Source: Balanoglossus misakiensis | Lineage: Eukaryota > Animalia > Hemichordata | Length of the DNA stretch: 64,000 bases | NCBI GenBank assembly: GCA_040954595.2 | Contig: CM082583.2 | Location: 2,283,209 to 2,347,208 of the forward strand | Direction of reading: 5' to 3' | In this document: piece by piece, positions 60,801 through 64,000 of the stretch | How positions within the stretch are numbered: the first letter of the stretch is position 1 | Layout: every line of letters begins with the position of its first letter | The notes under the pieces: generated by a model | Seen by the model: only the letters and a program-made list of their open reading frames with translations | What the model was told of the DNA's origin: nothing | Databases searched by the model: none | Program-made: the position numbers and the translations under genes

Positions 60801-61552
60801 CATCTTCAGGTGGAATGGGTTGTGGAGCCGGGAATCCTTCCTGCTCAAAGTTAAAGGGATCAGAATTGTATATGGAGAAAACACTTTATTTTCGCGAGTT
60901 GAAATTTTCGCGATATCGAGAGAGGCCACTGTTTCGTTATCTTCAACAACAACAAAAATTACGCAACTTTTTATTTTCACGCTATTCTGGCTCTCGCGTA
61001 TCTAGCGAAAATTTATTGCTCGTGAAAATAAAGTGTTTAATATACAGAAGTAGATGATGATGTCTGCTTTTTCCCATTTACAGCCACTTTACCTGGTCCA
61101 ACAACATGCATGTACATTGTATTTCTGACTCAGTATTTCTCCAGGAAACTGAATTGTCACATTCTTCCTAGAATTTTGAAATGTCTCATGAGCTCAGTGT
61201 TTTTTTCAGTGAGCATATTCCAGTGATCACTGCTTCATAACTATGTTGATGCCATCCTGGATGAAAAACTGCATTTCACACATCACTGTCACTGGGATGT
61301 TATTAGTCCTGTTGCATACCATGACTTTGTACAGGGATGTAGCAGTACTCTTTTTCAGTGTAAAATTAGCACTAGACAGTAACCATTGTACCAGTCCTGG
61401 GATTTACATTGACCTGTACACGCTCTCCTAAGTATTTGTTTGGCTGTATGTACCGTAGATGTACGTACCTGGCGTGGTGGAATTGGTAGTGGCCTGGTTT
61501 GTGGTCTTTCCACTTCTTCGGGAAAAGTCTGGATGAATGAATCTATCAAACC
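34900..61552 (-). CDS. Multi-exon host gene, uncharacterised protein (5' end tentative, may extend to ~62674)
   Basis: Candidate exons on the minus strand: 61552-61469, 60840-60753, 60451-60378, 59809-59685, 58751-58526, 57586-57439, ~56072-55807, 55168-55089, 54022-53852, 53332-53099, 51803-51618, and 35121-34900 (stop). Splice signals are consensus-like and phases are consistent for 60840-57439 and 54022-34900; the middle junctions are unresolved. Confidence 0.7.
35162..35369. mobile_element. ~208-bp MITE, TA TSD (Tc1/mariner-type), family A
   Basis: TA|CTGTAAAACA...TGTTTTACAG|TA, with internal cgcgaa repeats; further copies in this window. Confidence 0.9.
36061..37056 (+). CDS. gag: Gag (capsid-like region + CCHC zinc knuckle)
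   Basis: FNGEGSWKSF..F..YA...W retrotransposon gag pattern; CYRCGKPGHFQRDC knuckle; first ATG at 36061. Confidence 0.9.
   Translation: MLTGTSSRQNVHSENTLPRVHAPRHQGADAIQPRHFPKNLYFNGEGSWKSFVMRFSKYATSQGWSADVRREQLCWCLDGEAGDCYTIILENEPNIRYMDLLLKLEQRFGYKELPETAHLDFLQQKQEPNEPLNKWADRILTVATNAYSRVSDSFMMEQAVLRFCQGCIDKHAGQYAANNYPRSMEQAINLIKWHQFNRRAIFDRPPPPRVRYVSQDSPQTGEEAIEVKAVSTTPPGTSKQASPIGELERRMSRMERHLADLTSTLNKMALQLEGLVSARSRSPSPSRSNCYRCGKPGHFQRDCTASPSRRFTSPERRVSFSEPPNGKGSTD
37029..37072 (+). promoter_or_regulatory. Putative -1 ribosomal frameshift signal (gag/pol)
   Basis: Slippery heptamer C CCA AAC in the gag frame (37029-37035), followed by stem GGGGTCCACC...GGTGACCCC; pol is in the -1 frame and open across this site. 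Confidence 0.7.
37065..41264 (+). CDS. pol: Pol polyprotein: protease, RT, RNase H, integrase, C-terminal PHD finger
   Basis: IIDTAS protease; WCVDYR, MPFGL, FIDD RT; DTDAS/TDHSSL/ADALSR RNase H; H..GH..C..C, LDFLGP, TDQG, NGQVER integrase; YCVC..MIQCDACSEWYHGHCV..CPAC PHD. Uninterrupted 1399 aa. Confidence 0.97.
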   Translation: MTPRSTGHHHHSDVIPSSIQKSGVFPPEVTRKERHVLRVVGDGNIALSSVDGVNDSHELLTICQLRSGKMYRVPLRIQGHDTQAIIDTASEVTIISDKFFDQLDVKPPIINQVTFQTAGRELKMKGFLVGPVDIRLGKGLYSERVYVAPIEDEMLLGIDFVRSHGIHLDLLNNILRIEDEIIPLQFGTVIGEPKIAKVALLHRVRIPPNTVIRLPCAMRDSMSEYVVESTEDLLVMIPRTLHSGGQTPKVCIVNPTDEFVTLRRGKVIAHAVEVGAVSLQPVESKERNGETEKDEIPVHLYDLLERSGIHLQDEEKARVQDLLIEYEDVFAKTEFDLGNFTTIQHHIDTGDSKPVKQRMRRTPMCFAQEEEAHLQKMLDAGVIQPSISEWASAPALVRKRDGGVRWCVDYRALNDHTTKDVYPLPLIEECLDTLAGQTWFSKLDANSAYWQIRIKEEDQKETAFTTKYGLFEFNRMPFGLCNAPATFSRVINLVLRGLTWDIVLAFIDDILVLGTSFDNHLTYLRKVFGRLRHFQLKLKPKKCDLFQREVVFLGRIIRNGNVELDKSSIRAVKDWPVPKNTKDVEKFLGLANYHRAFIKDFANTAVPLYGVTGKKAFIWGQEQQQAFDTLKEALLSAPVLALPSNTDPFILDTDASDFTIGAELLQLQNGEEKVISYGSYALTPEQRRYCTTRKELLAVVRFTRQYRHFLLGNQFTIRTDHSSLVWLLRFKDPQGQLARWLEELSQYNMTVQHRPGKKHSNADALSRQPNGEVCGDFSIEVRPGNLPCGGCYYCTRAHDNWARFTSDVDDVVPLVSFPYQGKDTESTLKVAQLQVTNQFSKWPWESDFICWDPLSPEDGTISDLDTMYPSVEIIKTVSSPKCWVVTRFHQDTQGSTFLGYTTKEIGQAQQQDADLIFLWSWLTSKVEPSSNEIFLSSPAAKYYWINRDIFFIEKGTIWRELDDSVTLVVPRSLQLEVMELNHNIPAAGHQGITRTQAKLREKYFWYGMSRDINRFITSCSVCATSKKPVRRSRFQLTKFHAGAPMERVHLDFLGPLPQTARGNECVLVMVDQFTKWVECIPLPSQTAEITAHAAVENFFSRFGYPFEICTDQGANFESKLFSAICDVLHIHKTRTTPYRPSANGQVERANRSIMDAVRCFVDKTQRNWDVYLSQIAGALRSCINRHTGFTPNKLMLGREVNQPSDLVFGLSSVKGKDPQDHVCELESAIKLAHEIARTKLQSTQEVMKRNYDLRVNLYSYEVGNCVYMLESAVEKGKSRKLSHPWKGPWIIINKLTPYLYKVKFQRAIVTAHHDRLKLCRSRDLPQWVMRYQENLKRNSTGKAEIADVSSTLYCVCRKPYRGEFMIQCDACSEWYHGHCVGVTTRDARRISVYTCPACS
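41296..42894 (+). CDS. Third ORF, 5' part: unknown N-terminal domain, in-frame TAG at 41998, C2H2-like finger, start of TatD domain
   Basis: Track ORFs 41221-42000 and 42055-42924 share a frame and are separated only by one TAG; CPLPEC-x9-H-x4-H at ~42187; FDSHFHLD TatD motif at ~42793; cut by DIRS after MLK. Confidence 0.8.
43186..43284. other. DIRS internal complementary region (ICR)
   Basis: Reverse complement of the left end (gaaacaaaaaattttctattttcgtttctgttag...) fused to the reverse complement of the right end (...ggtatttatgccatagaaa). Confidence 0.92.
43358..45883 (-). CDS. DIRS tyrosine recombinase (ORF3, overlapping ORF2)
   Basis: GRRSELHAL, LCPVRAL, HEVRALAASW, W..TF..AYL catalytic R-H-R-W-Y pattern; true start uncertain. 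Confidence 0.92.
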   Translation of the reverse strand: MGNDDRLAGCLFPHSYPCSLPEVLSLCDREQAVPVCGSSVRFGHCPGYFYTGSRGVDGFPSFPSSTSQSIPGRLVATQFQFPVDTGRHTNHTTGDHSCGVHSEHRQVLSNPLTEDPVHWHGHGPVQGFSFPYGGKPVEIRTASALDQFRVHGPSTHIAQHPGSHELSSRGNTFRQTTYEANSTVSVGPLEAGIRTVDGPYSGKATSSFTPAMVARQGEYSRGKSPSIPVGDGVTVCGRISPRMGCTLGRQDNLRDMVSRPVSAAHKLVGNEGSTVGTSPLSPRHLRQGDSDQVRQHHSSRIYKSPGRHQITQPVLSGMGHAELVPGEQHHAESTPRSGHKQHSGRCSITGQVLSTRVRSTATASRADLSDLGQAPRRPICDSQESQVPDLRVTKVGTTSTSMRRSVNQLEGNVGICISPTTVDLQGNFQGSTRRMRSNSSCTTVANTSLVSKTTPVTGGLSTDITTQLHRGDCSAASGSTTPSPPRLETIKLSLQARGFSAEAASRIAQHRRASTTAAYDSKWCSFRHWCEKRSIDFLRPTPPQLADFFLYLFKEKKTAVSTIKAYRSAIGNTLRLLGEEVTTLDESISALINNFSLARPVVKSLVPQWSLSLVLHALLGAPFEPLQTAEMKFLTYKTVFLLALATAGRRSELHALSMASAHIRWSADSVTLLTDPAFLAKNRIADLPQSPLVIPKLTKLVGQRSEDRLLCPVRALKYYLQRTKDRRGEQTRLFISIRVTPSMSISQSTISRWIVETIKFAYSSPSEEAISWAKVSAHEVRALAASWSLFSGTSMADLLSAVQWRSQTTFSSAYLRDMAAEADGLFSLGPICVAQRVAHSK
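44248..46431 (-). CDS. DIRS ORF2: RT, RNase H, DNA adenine-methyltransferase-like domain
   Basis: WRPIFDL, DLQDAYFH, LPFGL, YLDD; VDAS..GWG, HINWLE, SDNTT, ADALSR; DLFAT and YAFPP methyltransferase-like motifs. Confidence 0.95.
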   Translation of the reverse strand: MLGRDHLISKGRVSPFVSRLSPPKGLAASTSDYTSQDKGWSQSVTMPQTPLPQVAVGGRLKHFAQEWQKITDDQTVLSLVSEGVRLFFRTSPPLSLYPPSHLVSHPSPPMWRAIQGLLEKGAIQKVPLPVQDTGFFSRVFLIPKKSQGWRPIFDLSVLNQYIIIESFRMETTRTIHQALSSGDWATTIDLQDAYFHIPIHAHFQRYFRFAIGSKLFQFVALPFGLATAPAIFTRVVGALMAFLHSRAVQANPYLDDWLLHNSSFQLTLADTQTTLRETIRVGFIPSTDKSCLIPSQRIQFIGMVMDLSKGLVFPTEENLLKLEQQVHWISSESMVQARTLLSILGRMNFLAEAIPLGRLHMRPIQLFLLAHWRPVSGQLTDLIQVKPPLVSHLQWWLDRGNTLEGNPLVSPLATVSLFVDASLQGWGAHLGDRTISGIWSVDQSVRHINWLEMKAVQLALLHFHQDICGKVILIRSDNTTVVAFINHQGGTRSPSLCYLVWDMLNWCQANSITLKALHVQGTSNILADALSRDKFYPLECALRQPLVEQICLIWDRPHVDLFATAKNRKFPIYASLRSEPQALACDALSISWKGMLAYAFPPLPLISRVISKVAHEECEVILVAPLWPTRPWFPRLLQLLVDCPLTLPHNYIEETVRLPPVAQHLHLHAWRLSSSVCRQEAFLQKLPRASHNTDEHPPRQHMIQSGVPFVIGVRKGRLIFSDPRLLS
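46337..48088 (-). CDS. DIRS ORF1 (Gag-like)
   Basis: 583-aa ORF at the 5' end of the element; S/P-rich N-terminus, helical C-terminal half, basic tail; call is positional. Confidence 0.75.
   Translation of the reverse strand: MTERVSDTASRSSSRTPSEIEDSQLPIPGQEFHSAHSEEPDVFSELARGSSQDGGHASARASLVSKRSKLDSSATRTVAETPVLPVSSLLDAAVPGPSHLGGVSSAQTVQSGVWPNYAGMSSRYFHTVPTSVLANPVPSTAIGSAGSVWGGLHGPPPMCVPDQLASGVAQAGGNFPPPGFQQSWGFPWTCPPSNLAAPLQSTSWGMPAQANRVSVSGQNPVHSGHTVPAPPISSFDVSQSESEGQDEDEDNLSDQEETSRASQWADAVMLVYNTVPPEECPPPTAEVSAEQLTASFEHVLGKAADPVHRKLPFIPRLSSLIDTVHAEIKGTRDFSYTANKKPRCYPQGMPSHGFPLVSRPQGSRVFDLTRGPFYHSAPAVDESAKQLVRNKEVLRNYVIRAEDFARLEATTRLSARISNCTFLLLSALSRELKPMQEGESTPQLAENWQHARLLLTEAAKTVVYQAELNSRMAASQVLMTRDHLISHLPLEREAARTARLLPWSGPLVFNGQFDAVLRTNEELLKQKLAVEQLAVAQAQSSVSVSKVTSKRKFARKRPFNKQRKGQPFRQQAKPPKGASSQHK
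48541..49254 (+). CDS. Third ORF, 3' part: TatD-family (TATDN2-like) nuclease domain
   Basis: YCDP, GIHP, AIGEVGLDFS, LVLHIR, IHFHGFTG, LLLETDSPY, NTRRLY; in frame with 41296-42894 after removing the DIRS element. Confidence 0.93.
   Translation, partial: SLTGIPVLGGVEVYCDPTTFPTNLSRSKRWKIAVGIHPKQAATLTGSRLEKFKELIQSPQVAAIGEVGLDFSVETDKWPLQETVFRLALSQCDPRKLLVLHIRGAAGDVCIAAVGRRALEIVREYCASEQLIHFHGFTGDRFVVECWIRDYPYCYFSFNAGVNTFSTPQLEALRAVPEDRLLLETDSPYFPVANGAKPNTPAFIGDVAVLVAARRGIPLNQLLEAAANNTRRLYGFD
49623..49917 (+). repeat. Complete 3' LTR (295 bp) of the PHD/TatD Gypsy
   Basis: Starts TGT right after the purine tract, ends CTACA; ATTGG, GTCACGTGAC palindrome, TATA-like ttatatatat, AG|GTGAGT donor. 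Confidence 0.9.
51143..51538. mobile_element. Possible degenerate MITE
   Basis: Imperfect inverted ends gttcacattg / caatgtgaac flanked by TA. Confidence 0.4.
52127..52859. mobile_element. Non-autonomous DNA element with two pairs of inverted repeats (family uncertain)
   Basis: GGGGTTATTACACGAAT (52130) / ATTCGTGTAATAACCCC (ends 52270), then TTTATCATAC (52271) / GTATGATAAA (52849). Confidence 0.55.
53398..53603. mobile_element. MITE family A copy (opposite orientation)
   Basis: TA|CTGTAAAACAC...GTGTTTTACAG|TA; near-identical to the reverse complement of 35162-35369. Confidence 0.9.
56758..57389. mobile_element. MITE family B, uninterrupted copy
   Basis: TA|CCGTAGTTG...ACTACGG|TA; colinear with 35613-35898 + 49918-50273. 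Confidence 0.92.
57611..57986. repeat. Compound tetranucleotide microsatellite (GGAT, GACT, GAAT, CAAT)
   Basis: Directly visible runs inside a host intron. Confidence 0.95.
58255..58367. mobile_element. MITE family A, truncated copy
   Basis: attttcacgttctcatatttcactgcatcgttatct...ttttacag matches family A. Confidence 0.6.
58823..59031. mobile_element. MITE family A copy
   Basis: CTGTAAAACATG...ATACAG, colinear with 35162-35369. Confidence 0.85.
60877..61046. mobile_element. MITE family A copy with internal deletion
   Basis: aaaacactttattttcgcgagtt...aaaataaagtgttt matches 53398-53603. Confidence 0.75.
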
Positions 61553-64000
61553 CTGAGTGAAGAAATTAGAATTTTGAGAAAATTACACAATTTTGATAAA
61601 GACTTGGTGTCTGTAACAAACAGAACAGAGTAATATACATGTACAGTACAACTACATACATCATTTTGTACATGCAATGCACACATAACTGTGGTCAGGT
61701 GATTCGTACTTCTTTTGGTTGATTGCAAAGACATACCCTCTTTGGAGGTTATTGAAAAAAAAACCACTTCTACATTTTTGACTCTGGTCTCAAACCAATC
61801 AAATGTCGGACAGGCTTTGTGTATGTCAACTGCCAGGGTTAAGGCTTCACTGGAAATGTACATCCAACTGATGCCTGTACAGCTGAGCTAGCATTTAATT
61901 ACGCTTTCTTACTCATAATGTTACAATTTGGATCAGCAATAATCTTTACAGAGTGTGTGTTATGACAACTACTGATCAAATGTATGCTACTGACACATGT
62001 CCTAAATTACACACCACAGGTAAATTAGTAAAATAACAAAATATACAGGGTATGGTGTAACTGTTTTTTTTTCACAAAAATTACTGCAACTTACATCAAC
62101 TTTAGGACACACAGTAAGTGAATCTTCCACTACATGAAGCAGGACAGATTGGCAATAGAAATTCACCGATCTCAGCTTGATCATTGTCTGTACAAAAATA
62201 TAAACAAAGTGTATGTAACAACCATACTATGGCAGAGGGACTCTAAACAGTACTGTAACTTTTGACTATTTGTCATTATGATTATATTGAAATTTGTATC
62301 AATTATAAGGTCTTGCACGAGACCTGCATGCTAATTACAGGATGTTCTGCTTACTAATAAATCCTGCATATGATTTGTAACAACTAATGTTTTTTTGGCA
62401 AATTAATTTAGGTCTTCATGTAATTCAATTTTAACAATGGAACGCACACTATCATAGTGATAGTACATGTATATACTGGCACACTAGTAATGGGATGTAC
62501 CCCAGGTACTGACAGCCTAGTTACAGAGAGATGGGATTTGCCAATTGCCAAGAAAAGTTTGAATGAGGCCACCCTTCTACCTGCAAGGCATGATATATAT
62601 ACATGTATATACCGGTATGTGTTAAAAGCAGCTGTGTCACCAGCATTACTCAAAATGGTTGTCAGTTCAACCATGGACGTAAAAAGAGAAGGACTTCGGA
62701 CTGTCCTTTGAGCTATTGTTCAGGTGATGGTTGCCGCCGCTCCGTTATCTCCTAATACTCCGTAATACTTTAATCGGATTACTTCCGTAATTTATTCAAG
62801 AGTGGGTTCGCGTACTATATTTGGTACTGTTCGGGTGTTTCCGTCTGTTTATAAACATCAGGCTGCATGGAAAGCGCATGTGCGTGACCTTTGACTAAAA
62901 CCATCGAGGAGATTTGGCCCGTATGCACCAAATCTACGCTGAAAAAAACATGAATTGCGTCTTTGGCCAAGCTGGTAGCTCTTGTCATCTAGTCCACAAA
63001 TTACAACATACATATGAGGTTTTATGTCGATCAAACAGATATTGTAGGCACCGTTTGGTTTACCGGCAATTCCACTCGAAGTCGACGATTGTGGACGCGA
63101 TCATTTAACGTGTAATCCTATGGCCATAGAGTAACCGCGCTTCGCGAAAATTGGCAAAACCCGAACGTGGATAGCGAAAATGGCCATGTGCTCCTGCATA
63201 TAAGACGCACATTTTCTGAAAGTTTATTGCTTCGTCTCCACTTTACTGCAAAAATTAGACGTAGGACCCTTGTACTTTTAACGCGAGAGTGATTTTAAAA
63301 TGTCTTGTTTTTTTAGCATGCTTATAAAGATCGGTTCGCCATTTGGTCAAATATGCGTTGATTTTTTCTGTTTTCACTTCTTTATTTCCGTTACATCGAG
63401 ACAAAAAAATGGTGATAATTTTACAGTAATTTACCACTTCTGTGTGATTCAAACAGCAAGTTTTCGTGAGTACTGCTGAGAGCACCCGAGGGGGTGTGTC
63501 ACTGTGTACGTTGACTTCGGCAACGGTCACCTGACGTCAAAAGACAGCGTAGACAAAGCGAACACAATAGGTGTGAATGGGCTTAAGAGGCAGTCCTAAG
63601 TCCTTCTCTTTTTACGTCCATGGTTCAACCATCACCTACCTCAACAGTAGTTGGAAGAATCAAAACTCCTGTCTCTGTTCTTTCCAGCATTTCGTTCAAC
63701 ATGCGTTTCAGAGCTTCGTGCACAATTTGAAAATCAGAGGAACATTCTTGTCTGTGGGGAAATAATTTAGAAATTGTCTTCTTTGATTTGAATGCCATTG
63801 ATTGGCGGAAAAAAACATAAACTTCTGTGTTTGCTAACGGCAAATAGTGACTGTCTCTAGTGTGTGCTATTTAAACACCATGGATTAAAGCAACAGGAAT
63901 GTGACATGAAAACAATGATGACTGTTTGTAGAAGATACTTGTGCAATTTCTTGGTTTGTGTGCATGATATAATAAATCATCATATTTAAAAGGAGGAAAC

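Noticed and set aside
63625-63843. Possible exon or transposon ORF near the window end
   Set aside because: No recognisable motif and no supported splice partner in the window.

Overview
Eukaryotic (metazoan, probably marine invertebrate; inferred) repeat-rich genomic DNA. It reads as four blocks. (1) 1-24.4 kb: a CCT/CAG microsatellite followed by a ~23.6-kb array of ~187 copies of a 126/127-bp satellite with multi-level higher-order structure; all the long ORFs there are repeat artefacts. (2) 24.4-35 kb: MITEs, a young Mag-type Ty3/Gypsy element (158-bp LTRs, GGTGG TSD) nested in an older Gypsy pol relic, and a Helentron-like non-autonomous element. (3) 35.6-50.3 kb: a four-level nest (host intron > MITE > Gypsy > DIRS). 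The Gypsy element is the highlight: its integrase ends in a PHD finger, and in the env position it carries an extra ORF (C2H2 finger + TATDN2-like TatD nuclease). That ORF has a splice acceptor that pairs with a donor in the LTR, and it is restored in frame when the inserted, apparently intact DIRS element is removed. (4) 34.9-62.7 kb: a minus-strand multi-exon host gene of unknown function whose introns contain many MITEs. All calls are from reading the sequence by eye; no database searches were run.
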